Below, piece after piece: positions 1-7,860 of a stretch of DNA of 64,000 nucleotides. The first letter of the stretch is position 1. Each line of letters starts with the position of its first letter. The notes beneath the pieces were generated by a model, which was not told the DNA's origin, did no database searches, and saw only the letters and a list, made by a program, of their open reading frames with translations. Origin of the DNA: a virus (taxonomy: Duplodnaviria > Caudoviricetes). The position numbers were made by a program, and so were the translations under genes. The stretch covers positions 5,093 to 69,092 of the IMG/VR virus record IMGVR_UViG_3300021431_000119. The stretch is one strand, 5' to 3'.

Positions 1-2
1 AA

Positions 3-248
3 TTACAAGAGGACATTTCTTGGCTTGGCTACAATGAAACCGAAAGAGAAATTATAGAACATATAAAATGCGCCATAAAACTGTTGAAAGAGCAGGAACC
101 AAAGCAAGTTTTATCTTTGGCAGATTCTATCGAAGGAATGAATGTAGGATACTGCCCATCTTGCGGGAAAGGTATTGCGAACAAAATGAGTACTCCAACA
201 AAGTTTTGCAGATATTGCTGACAGGCGGTGAAGTGGAATGGATATTGA
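3..248 (+). pseudogene. 5'-truncated small zinc-ribbon phage protein with in-frame TGA at 219-221
   Basis: Frame 3 reads ...LLKEQEPKQV...GYCPSCGKGI...TKFCRYC*QAVKWNGY*; the common motif is CxxCGQAVKW. Confidence 0.55.
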
Positions 249-380
249 TAAATTGCTAAGCATAGCATTGTGGATTATAATACCTATTGTTGTTTTACTT
301 ATTATTTGTGGGACAAGCGTTGCTGTTTGTCTTTGCCTAAATTTGTTCTTTGGAATAAATGCCTTTAGATTGCCATAAAG

Positions 381-752
381 GTGGTGAAGGAAATGCCTGA
401 CCGGGACAAAGTGATTCAGCATTTCAAAGATGCAATCGAAGCATCTGGAAACAACAATAAGTGGCGTTTTGTAAGGTTGGACATTATTGAAGACGCCATT
501 ACCATGCTGAAAGAGCAGGAAGACCTTGGGGCAGAACTGACGAATGCTGTAGATCTGATTCACAAGAAGAATGACCGGATTAAGGAACTGCTGAAAGAGC
601 AGGAAACCTATGACACAGGAGAATCCAGAATCTTTCAGTGTGAAAAATGCGGGTATGGTATTGAAGATATCTTCATAAATAACGAGCATGACTATCCAAT
701 CATTCCTGTATACTGTCCGAATTGCGGAAGGCTGGTGAAGCAGTATGAGTGA
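381..752 (+). CDS. Phage hypothetical protein with C-terminal zinc ribbon
   Basis: CEKCG...YCPNCG motifs; overlaps the next gene. Confidence 0.75.
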   Translation: MVKEMPDRDKVIQHFKDAIEASGNNNKWRFVRLDIIEDAITMLKEQEDLGAELTNAVDLIHKKNDRIKELLKEQETYDTGESRIFQCEKCGYGIEDIFINNEHDYPIIPVYCPNCGRLVKQYE

Positions 753-969
753 CAGGCCAGAAAAGCGGAAGGTCGAGTTTATCGAATCATACTGGACGGG
801 CGGCGAATTGGGATCGGACTACATTTGGAATGACAATCACGGGGAACTGATCAGATGCAAGGATTGCAAGCATCACAGAAGAGGCACATGCTCGGCTGAG
901 GCGGGAATGGCATATCCGACACCGGACGATTGGTTCTGTGCGGACGGGGAACGCGAGGAGGGTCGGTGA
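745..969 (+). CDS. Small phage hypothetical protein (RCKDCKH...DDWFCADGE family)
   Basis: Cys motifs typical of Bacillota phage small genes; coupled to upstream stop. Confidence 0.7.
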   Translation: MSDRPEKRKVEFIESYWTGGELGSDYIWNDNHGELIRCKDCKHHRRGTCSAEAGMAYPTPDDWFCADGEREEGR

Positions 970-1113
970 TATAAAAAATGAGTGCACCGGTTTATAAATG
1001 GATTATCGTCTATGAAGGTGGATACACGGAAGAGAAAATTGGAACATGCCCTTATGATTTTGCTGACGATATCGTTGATGTCCCTATTGCAATTATAAGA
1101 GAAGGATGGTGGC

Positions 1114-1410
1114 GTGAGAATGAGATTGATTGATGCAGATGCTTTCGACAAGATGCTGATAGAAGCGCAATCGAAGTGCAAAAAAATCGGCGGCAATTTC
1201 CGATTTGGTGTGCTGGGGAATGTCAGAGCTAATCTTGCCTTATTTCCTACGGTAGACCGTCCAGAGATCGTCAGATGCAAGGATTGTAAATATTACGGTT
1301 GTTTCCGTGCTTGGCGAAGGAAAGGAGATTTATTTTCCCGGAAACCAAACACAAGAAATCACAGATTCATTCGGCTGTATTCATTGAAGAAGGCCGGTGA
1401 AGGGGAATGA
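1114..1410 (+). CDS. Phage hypothetical protein (MRLIDADA...VRCKDCKY family)
   Basis: Recognisable MRLIDADA start and CKDC motif. Confidence 0.7.
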   Translation: MRMRLIDADAFDKMLIEAQSKCKKIGGNFRFGVLGNVRANLALFPTVDRPEIVRCKDCKYYGCFRAWRRKGDLFSRKPNTRNHRFIRLYSLKKAGEGE

Positions 1411-1637
1411 AAGAGTACATCATCAAAGTTGACGATGACAAAACCGATATCATGGGCGGTCACCCGCTGCTGGAAAAACCACAAGAGCTGATCCGGTGCG
1501 CTGATTGTATCCATTGGATTCCAGGGACGATTACCGACAAAGACGATTTTATCCAGCCAAGATGCAAACGCAACGGCGGCGGGTGGTCAGCCGATGAGTT
1601 TTGCTCGAGTGCCGAGAAGAAAGAGGGGAACGCATGA
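1407..1637 (+). CDS. Small phage hypothetical protein (LIRCADCIH...EFCS)
   Basis: ATGA overlap with previous gene; Cys motifs. Confidence 0.7.
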   Translation: MKEYIIKVDDDKTDIMGGHPLLEKPQELIRCADCIHWIPGTITDKDDFIQPRCKRNGGGWSADEFCSSAEKKEGNA

Positions 1638-2041
1638 GCGGAGGAAGACTGGATTATTTTTACAGTCAGCTGGAGGAACATTCCGGAGATTTTATGGATA
1701 AGGAGCTAGACGATCTTGTAAAAGACCTCGCAACGCTTTTCTATGCTCGCGAATGGTATCTGTCTGGCGACACGAACGAGGGGTCGTGGCGGGAAGCGCG
1801 TGACGCCTTTAAAAAGAAATGGTTTAAAGACGGTGCTCGGCAGGAACGGATTGAAAAGTACTTGAGCGAATTAAAAGAGGAACTGCTGGACAGCCTTGGA
1901 CTATCAGAAGCGTACTGTCGAAATTGCAAGCATTGGACACCGGAAAAGGACGGACCATACGGAGAATGCGATGTAGGGAACGGCTGTCTGTGGCACCGGA
2001 GTGAGCAGTGCAAGAAATTCGAACGTGGTGATGCAAAGTGA
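1634..2041 (+). CDS. Phage hypothetical protein (MSGG.LDY family) with C-terminal Cys motif
   Basis: ATG at 1634 overlaps upstream stop; lies within ORF 1601-2041. Confidence 0.65.
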   Translation: MSGGRLDYFYSQLEEHSGDFMDKELDDLVKDLATLFYAREWYLSGDTNEGSWREARDAFKKKWFKDGARQERIEKYLSELKEELLDSLGLSEAYCRNCKHWTPEKDGPYGECDVGNGCLWHRSEQCKKFERGDAK

Positions 2042-2140
2042 AATGAGCAATTTCCAAGATTTTCAGTTATTTCAGGTCACTGTCCGCTAACAACACGCTA
2101 ACAACAATGAGGCGTGGAAGCGTTGAAAATAAACACTTCT

Positions 2141-2190
2141 CGCTTGAATGGGGTTCAAGAGGTCGTGAGTTCGAATCTCACCACCCAGAC
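2141..2190 (+). mobile_element. attP core: 3' half of tRNA-Pro(GGG)
   Basis: CTTGA-ATGGGGT-TCAAG anticodon arm, then GTGAG-TTCGAAT-CTCAC T-arm and 3' acceptor strand; no D-arm or 5' strand upstream; adjacent to the integrase. Confidence 0.85.
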
Positions 2191-2191
2191 T

Positions 2192-2230
2192 TCCCGGAAG
2201 CTAAGGAAATCAAGGCTTCCGGGATTTTTT
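2192..2230 (+). terminator. Intrinsic terminator after the tRNA fragment
   Basis: tcccggaagc...gcttccggga stem followed by a T run. Confidence 0.75.
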
Positions 2231-2445
2231 ATGCCCTCGGAAAATGAGACAAAAATCACGGAAAATGATGGAAAATCACGGTCTACTAACAACACTACTA
2301 ACAACACTTTTCCAAAGAAAAAGCACGATGTTCGTGCAACTTTATTTTCTCCGAAAAAATTTTTTCTGAACTCGTTTCCGTAAAAAACCAGCTGACGTAT
2401 CGTGCTTGAGTGAATTTCAAACAAGATATCTCCTTCTCCGTCCGT

Positions 2446-3573
2446 TTACTCCATTGAGACGGCGACGGCGAGCAGGTCGTCCATGTCCGTGGACTGGTAG
2501 TGGTCGCGAGTGAAGGCGTAGTTCGTGTGACCCATCAGGCCTGCCTTCGCTTTGTCGCTGCCCTCTGCGGCCTTCAACTTGTCGCTGTAGGTGTGCCTGG
2601 CACAGTACGGAACCTTGCCTTCCGCAATGCCAAGACGGGCCATCATGGGCTTGAAAACGCTTTCCCGGAAGTACGCATCCGACATTTGGCTGAAGCCGAT
2701 GAGGATGTCCTTTCCCTTCTTCCAGACATAACGCGGGAAAAGCAGGTCTGTTCCGGGAACCCAGAGCCGGGAACGAACAATGTCGAGTATTTGCGGAGGA
2801 ATGACCACGATCCTGTCCCTGCCCGCTTCGGTTTTGCTTCCGTTGACCAGAACCTCAATGCCGTCAATGATCTTGTAGTGCTCTTTCCGCAAGGACAGGA
2901 ACTCGCCAGGACGGAAGCCAAGATAGCATAAACAGACCACATATGAAGCGTACCGCTCCCTTGGTATGGCGTTCACGATGACGGCCAGTTCTTTTTCTGT
3001 GATCGGCTCCCGCTGGATCGTCGCATGCTTTCCAACAAACAGGTGACCCGTGACGTCTTTGTCAAGGATGTTCTTGTCCAGCGCGTAGGCCCAGAGCAGC
3101 CCGGCTACCACCTTCATGTTTTCATGGGTGCGCTTCCCGGCCTTACAGGCGTCCATGCAGGATTGAAGGTCGGCTGCTGTGATGAGGTCAATGTACTTCG
3201 TGTGGAGCGATGAGAAGTGCTTATATGCAGAAAGATAATTGACCATCGTGGACGCACCGACACGGGGAGAATAGTACGGTTCCCATTCATCGTAAAGATT
3301 CTGGAGCGTGTACCGGGATGGGCGCTTTTTCTCTTTTTTCGCGCTCAGGAAAAGCGTGGCGCAGTAATTGATGGCTTCCTTCTTTGTAGCGAAACCGTCC
3401 TTTGTGCGCCAGTCCGGGATCTTGTGGGTGCCGTCACGAGAGAGCTTCCACCCTACAATGACGCGGGCCTGCCAGTACTTTCCGCGCAGGACAGCCGTGC
3501 CGGTTCCGTTTGCTCTGGTGCGGGACTTTCTGGCTTTCTTTTCCTCACTCATACTCCACATACCCTTCATCAA
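2446..3573 (-). CDS. int: Tyrosine recombinase (phage integrase)
   Basis: GFRPGE (R), CARHTY (HxxR-like), MGHTNY (H, Y) catalytic motifs; adjacent to attP. Confidence 0.93.
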   Translation of the reverse strand: MMKGMWSMSEEKKARKSRTRANGTGTAVLRGKYWQARVIVGWKLSRDGTHKIPDWRTKDGFATKKEAINYCATLFLSAKKEKKRPSRYTLQNLYDEWEPYYSPRVGASTMVNYLSAYKHFSSLHTKYIDLITAADLQSCMDACKAGKRTHENMKVVAGLLWAYALDKNILDKDVTGHLFVGKHATIQREPITEKELAVIVNAIPRERYASYVVCLCYLGFRPGEFLSLRKEHYKIIDGIEVLVNGSKTEAGRDRIVVIPPQILDIVRSRLWVPGTDLLFPRYVWKKGKDILIGFSQMSDAYFRESVFKPMMARLGIAEGKVPYCARHTYSDKLKAAEGSDKAKAGLMGHTNYAFTRDHYQSTDMDDLLAVAVSME

Positions 3574-3742
3574 AGAGCTGGCCGGAGGTGATGTGCTTCA
3601 TCTCGTGACGGTAGGTCTTCCGCTGCTGCTCCTTCGACAGACGGGAGTTCAGGACAATGCATGGCTCGTAATCCACGCCGAGACAGCAGAAGCCGCGAAT
3701 CTTTTCCGGAAGGTCCTGAAGGATAACTGGGACTTCATTCAT
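3545..3742 (-). CDS. ImmA/IrrE-like metallopeptidase (antirepressor)
   Basis: HEMKH (HExxH) motif, between repressor and integrase. Confidence 0.8.
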   Translation of the reverse strand: MNEVPVILQDLPEKIRGFCCLGVDYEPCIVLNSRLSKEQQRKTYRHEMKHITSGQLFDEGYVEYE

Positions 3743-4100
3743 CTGGCATCCTTCCTTTGGCGATGTTTTTCAGAATGGCGTTGACCGGGCGCAGGTCATC
3801 AGGAGAAAGGGTCTTGACCACGTCGAAAAGCGTACGGTACTCCTGATCCTGATGCATCAGATCAATGATGGTGTACGACAACTCTGCATCGCCTGGTTCT
3901 TCGTCCGACATCAGGTAACTGACAGGGACATTATAGAAATCCGCGAGGAGTTTCAGGTTCTTCCGGGACGGCGTTCGAATGCCGAGCTCGTATTGTCCGG
4001 CCGTGGTTTGGGCGATTTTTCCGCCGAGCGCGTCGGACAGCTCCTTCTGGGTCAGGCCCCTTGATTTTCTCAGGTTGTACAAGGCTTTTCCGATGGACAT
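3735..4100 (-). CDS. CI-like XRE-family repressor
   Basis: LRKSRGLTQKELSDAL...YELGIRTPS HTH; divergent from the cro-like gene. Confidence 0.9.
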   Translation of the reverse strand: MSIGKALYNLRKSRGLTQKELSDALGGKIAQTTAGQYELGIRTPSRKNLKLLADFYNVPVSYLMSDEEPGDAELSYTIIDLMHQDQEYRTLFDVVKTLSPDDLRPVNAILKNIAKGRMPDE

Positions 4101-4132
4101 TTGGTGCGGCCTCCTCTCATAGAAATACGGCT

Positions 4133-4239
4133 AACGCGTTCTGCATTTATAATAACTCAAATATGACGAAAAATCAACTATTTTTTAACTGATTCTTAAC
4201 AGAAAAGGTATTGAAAATAATGCAAAATGCATATATAAT
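4133..4239. promoter_or_regulatory. Lysis-lysogeny switch: rightward sigma-A promoter with 15-bp palindromic operators
   Basis: TTGAAA 4211-4216, 17 bp, TATAAT 4234-4239; AAYGCR-N3-TGCATW-type sites at 4133-4147 and 4219-4233. Confidence 0.75.
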
Positions 4240-4273
4240 AGCACCATCAACCGACGGGAGGTGAAAACAGGGA

Positions 4274-4486
4274 ATGCAGCGATACGACGCGGTGGAAGTC
4301 GGAAGACGGCTGAGGGAAATGCGAGGGATCCGGACGCGCATCGGCGTGTCAAAGGAGACCGGAATCGGCCTGTCCGCCTTGCAGGGATATGAGCAGGGAC
4401 GGCGAACGCCCGACCCGGATACGATGATCATCCTTGCGAACTACTACAACACCAGCGTCCAGCATCTTTTTTTTGACCAGTGGTAA
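4274..4486 (+). CDS. Cro-like XRE HTH protein
   Basis: HTH with YEQGRRTPD motif; first rightward gene. Confidence 0.85.
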   Translation: MQRYDAVEVGRRLREMRGIRTRIGVSKETGIGLSALQGYEQGRRTPDPDTMIILANYYNTSVQHLFFDQW

Positions 4487-4528
4487 GGCAAAAAGCATTA
4501 TGACAAACGCAGGAGGAAAAAACGAACG

Positions 4529-5029
4529 ATGGCAGATACGAAGACGCTGTACAAGATGATGCGGGCGATGGAGACAGCTGAACGAGGGAAGCAGCTTCTG
4601 GAAGCTACGCGAGACGACCTGGAGGATATCACGGGGGACATCGGGGACGCGATGTGCGAGATGCTGTACGGGGAACCGACAGACCAGAACGTCACCGATT
4701 TCCTGAAGGTGGCGCACACGGACAAATCGACCATGTGGAAGGTGGCCCAACTTCTGCGACAGGCAAAAAAGGCGAAGCTTCCTGCCCCGAAGTTTCTGAC
4801 GGACGCGGAGAAAGCCACGGCGCACATTGGGTACGAATTCATCGAAAAGCCGAGCCGGACAAGCCCGGACGGGCACGAGGCCGAGCGCACCATCGAGCGG
4901 CTGCGGCAGACGCTGGAGGCGCGGGAGAAGGAACTGAGTGAATGCGCTGACCAGCTTTGCCAGAAGTGCGAAAGGTACACGTGCAACGAGTGCAGGTGGG
5001 CGGAAACGAGAAAGGGGATCTTCGAGTGA
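4529..5029 (+). CDS. Phage hypothetical protein
   Basis: RBS GGAGG; C-terminal Cys cluster. Confidence 0.7.
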   Translation: MADTKTLYKMMRAMETAERGKQLLEATRDDLEDITGDIGDAMCEMLYGEPTDQNVTDFLKVAHTDKSTMWKVAQLLRQAKKAKLPAPKFLTDAEKATAHIGYEFIEKPSRTSPDGHEAERTIERLRQTLEAREKELSECADQLCQKCERYTCNECRWAETRKGIFE

Positions 5030-5271
5030 CGCTGGAGCAGATGAGAAAGCTGGACCGGGAACGGATCACCGTGAAGGAAGCCGCCGAAATTCTCGGGTGC
5101 AGTCCTCAGCGGCTCCGGGACGGGCTGGACATCGACGAGGAGCGGCCCGTGGACATGCGGCGGTACCTGTTTCCACACTGCAAGGTTGGGAACCGGCACT
5201 GCATCATGCGGGAAGGGTTCCTGCGGTGGGTGGATGGGACGATGCTGACGCCAGATCTGAAGGCGGAATGA
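5026..5271 (+). CDS. Excisionase-like HTH DNA-binding protein
   Basis: GTG at 5026 overlaps upstream stop; ITVKEAAEILGCSPQRLR HTH. Confidence 0.7.
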   Translation: MTLEQMRKLDRERITVKEAAEILGCSPQRLRDGLDIDEERPVDMRRYLFPHCKVGNRHCIMREGFLRWVDGTMLTPDLKAE

Positions 5272-5273
5272 CA

Positions 5274-5333
5274 GGGCAGGCGAGGCGAGTTATGGCGTGG
5301 CTGGGCGTGTCGGGTCATGGCGTGGCATGGAAC
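5274..5333 (+). ncRNA. GGC-NN pentamer array (candidate VIPR-type guide RNA)
   Basis: GGGca GGCga GGCga GTTat GGCgt GGCtg GGCgt GTCgg GTCat GGCgt GGCat GGAac. Confidence 0.65.
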
Positions 5334-5479
5334 ACACTGGAAAGGAGGGGTGCGGATTGTGGGTAAAAGAAAAGAGCCTGTAAGCGAGGGCAACCGCTTC
5401 AGGCTCAACACCACGGGGTGGTGATGTAAAAGTACGAGAGTATTGTAAAACAAACGGATCAAAAAGTCAAGGAGGAACC

Positions 5480-5974
5480 ATGGTACAACTGAAAGCAATG
5501 TGGGAACCCGGATGGAGCGGTTTCTTTAAGAACAAGGACCCGCAGGCGATTGCGGATGAGATTTACTCCATCAGCGATGAGCCCACAAGTCAGCAGATTG
5601 TTGACAAGGCGAGAGACGAGAACACTGAGTTGCACGACCTTTTTGAGTGGCGGGATGATGTTGCGGCTGAACAGTGGCGGAAGGAACAGGCAAACAACAT
5701 TCTCCGCAAGCTGAAGGTCACCATCATCCCGGACGAACGGCCTGCGCCGGGCACGATGACCAGCATTCCCGTGACGCCCATAACCGCGAGGATGTTCTAC
5801 GGGGATCCTGAGAAGACCAGCGGGTTTGTCAGCGTGATGAAGGTCATGAACAACGAAGACACCTACAACGCGCTGCTGAAGCGGGCCAAGGATGAGCTGC
5901 TGTCCTACGAGCATAAGTACAGCATGCTGACTGAACTGAAGCCGGTATTCCAGGCGATCCACGATATTCTGTAA
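5480..5974 (+). CDS. Uncharacterised phage protein between the two pentamer-array loci (possible accessory factor)
   Basis: RBS AAGGAGG; 164 aa; LHDLFEWRDDVAAEQWR motif. Confidence 0.8.
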   Translation: MVQLKAMWEPGWSGFFKNKDPQAIADEIYSISDEPTSQQIVDKARDENTELHDLFEWRDDVAAEQWRKEQANNILRKLKVTIIPDERPAPGTMTSIPVTPITARMFYGDPEKTSGFVSVMKVMNNEDTYNALLKRAKDELLSYEHKYSMLTELKPVFQAIHDIL

Positions 5975-5981
5975 AGGTTCA

Positions 5982-6662
5982 GCGGCGTTGGTACGGTCGA
6001 GGGCTTGCCCCTCGGAGAATATGTCAAAACACCCAAGAAACGCGAAGGACTGTGCATGACCATACGCGACATTATAAAACACCGCAATACAGAACAGCGC
6101 AAGCCTTCCACCGTGCCAACGCAGCAGAGGAAAATACAGGACCATAAAACACACTAATACACAGCACCTTGTAAACTGAATAATCCCTGCCGATTCCAGC
6201 GAGGGCGCAGCTCTCGAAAAGGACATATCAGGAATGGACAAGACGAGTCCAGGACAGCAGACTACAAATCAGCGAAATTCAGGACTGCACACTACAGAAC
6301 AATATCTTTTTCTGAAGTTTGCGCTTTCGCTGGAGTCGGCAGGGGAAACTCCATCGGTTCTGGCGGGAGCGTGGATAACGCGTCCCAGCACTTGTCATAA
6401 CATCACAAGACAGGACTGTACTCAACAGCACAAGACATTAATTCACGTTCCTACCAGAGCCGATGGAGCACGAACAAACAACTATTTCCGCCAGCCTTGT
6501 TGAGGGCGTGGATAACACGGCCTCAGCTTATGTTCAAACGCCATAGAATAAAATGGTACACGACAGGTCATGACAAAAAAGCGTCAGCACCTATCATGAC
6601 AGATCACGACAAATTAGCACAGAACACAACAATGCAATTCACGTTCTCAACCAGGCTGGCGG
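5982..6662 (+). ncRNA. Four tandem long RNA stems, each enclosing ACA-NN pentamer arrays (candidate guide-RNA precursor)
   Basis: Stems 5982-6008/6099-6125, 6185-6210/6319-6344, 6349-6375/6442-6468, 6488-6512/6638-6662; 13 G:U pairs on the + strand; period-5 loops. Confidence 0.8.
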
Positions 6663-6692
6663 GTCATACGAAGAAAGGAAGAAATACGAACT

Positions 6693-7358
6693 ATGAAAAA
6701 GAACGCTAATGAAGTCGTCATCGTCACTCCTGAAAGCAAGATTCAGCATGCCACCATCCGCATCGTCGGGGACAGTGACCTGATCCTGAACAAGATGAAC
6801 GCACGGAACACGCGGATGCTGATGGCTCCGGACCGGAAGGCAGTACGTGAACAGCCGAACCTGTGGGAGGACCTGATTACCTCCATCCACTGGCAGGATC
6901 CACTGCCCATGAAGGATACCTACACGGAAAGCGACGAAGCCATGATGGCGCGGCTGCTGAACGAGAACAAGCCCTGCATCAAGGCGTTCGGGCTGAAGAA
7001 GAGCTTCGGGCAGACTGTGGTGCGGCTGGGGATTGACAAGTACTCCACGAGTTTCGACGCCAGCCTGAACATTGCCGGGAACGGACTGGTTCCGGTGCAG
7101 TTTTCCGGGTGGGCGTACCGGGAGCAGTTGATGAGCCCGAAGCGTGGAGCACCCATCGTTGTGGCGCTGAACCACTTCATGGGATGGGAAGCCACCTTCA
7201 CGATTGACTACCTGGACGGCGTGTACAGCCGTGACAAGCTGGTCGAAATTATCAACATGGCTGGGTTTTCCATTGGCATCGGAAGCGGCCGGACGAGCGG
7301 ATACGGGCGGTACCACGTTGCGGACGTGATCGCGACGGGGAAGGTGAGCGAGGAATGA
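6693..7358 (+). CDS. Stand-alone RAMP/Cas7-like protein (Vipr-like)
   Basis: N-terminal beta strand TIRIVGDSDLI and C-terminal Gly-rich loop AGFSIGIGSGRTSGYGRYHV; RBS AAAGGAAG; no other cas genes seen. Confidence 0.75.
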   Translation: MKKNANEVVIVTPESKIQHATIRIVGDSDLILNKMNARNTRMLMAPDRKAVREQPNLWEDLITSIHWQDPLPMKDTYTESDEAMMARLLNENKPCIKAFGLKKSFGQTVVRLGIDKYSTSFDASLNIAGNGLVPVQFSGWAYREQLMSPKRGAPIVVALNHFMGWEATFTIDYLDGVYSRDKLVEIINMAGFSIGIGSGRTSGYGRYHVADVIATGKVSEE

Positions 7359-7663
7359 GCCGGAACTACGTGAAGTTGTGCGGTATGTTCCGCAGGTTCA
7401 AGGGCGCCATGTACGTCGATACGCCGGAGCATGTGGCGGACGATTATCTGGTGAACATGGGGTTCCCGATTAAGTTCGGGACGGACATGGCGAAGGAAGG
7501 ATGCCCGTACGTGATCTGCTTCGCTTATTTCAAGAAGGAGCATCTGTCAGACTTTGAGCTGGCGATGAAACGGATGGTGCGGGAGATGGAAGTGCTGGGG
7601 CACGATGACTACGGCGAGCAGTGCGCGGAACTTTTCCGGGAGCTGGGCGTCGAAGCGGAATGA
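7355..7663 (+). CDS. Phage hypothetical protein
   Basis: ATGA coupling to the RAMP gene. Confidence 0.75.
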   Translation: MSRNYVKLCGMFRRFKGAMYVDTPEHVADDYLVNMGFPIKFGTDMAKEGCPYVICFAYFKKEHLSDFELAMKRMVREMEVLGHDDYGEQCAELFRELGVEAE

Positions 7664-7860
7664 CATTTCCAGGGGACGGTACGCGGGAACAGGAAGACCG
7701 GGCATGACGGCTTATCACTCTCCTTGACGGCCGCGTGGCTCTGGACACGTCCACCGGGCGGGAGTTTTTACTGGTGGTTTTCCTCCCGAAGCCGGAATGG
7801 ACGGGGCGTGAACAGCGAAGCCGCGCCGTACCGCCCCCGATTTTTACAGCGGGGAGATAC

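Larger units (their letters stand above)
2086..2307. repeat. Integrase arm-type binding repeats CTAACAACAC, paired on each side of the att core
   Basis: gctaacaacac 2086-2096, gctaacaacaa 2097-2107, ctactaacaacac 2283-2295, tactaacaacac 2296-2307. Confidence 0.75.

Noticed and set aside
219-221. Genome-wide TGA recoding (Gly or Trp)
   Set aside because: TGA is the normal stop in many well-supported genes here (for example 752, 5029, 7358, 36992); only one isolated case.
2141-2190. Complete tRNA-Pro gene
   Set aside because: The 5' acceptor strand and D-arm are absent; it is the attP fragment.
5982-6662. CRISPR array upstream of the Cas7-like gene
   Set aside because: No identical direct repeats separated by unique spacers; the units are inverted repeats with different sequences enclosing period-5 arrays.
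6234-6709. ORFs 6234-6503 and 6497-6709 as proteins
   Set aside because: Their T/Q/H/N-rich text is the translation of ACA-NN repeats; no RBS, and G:U-biased stems point to RNA-level function.
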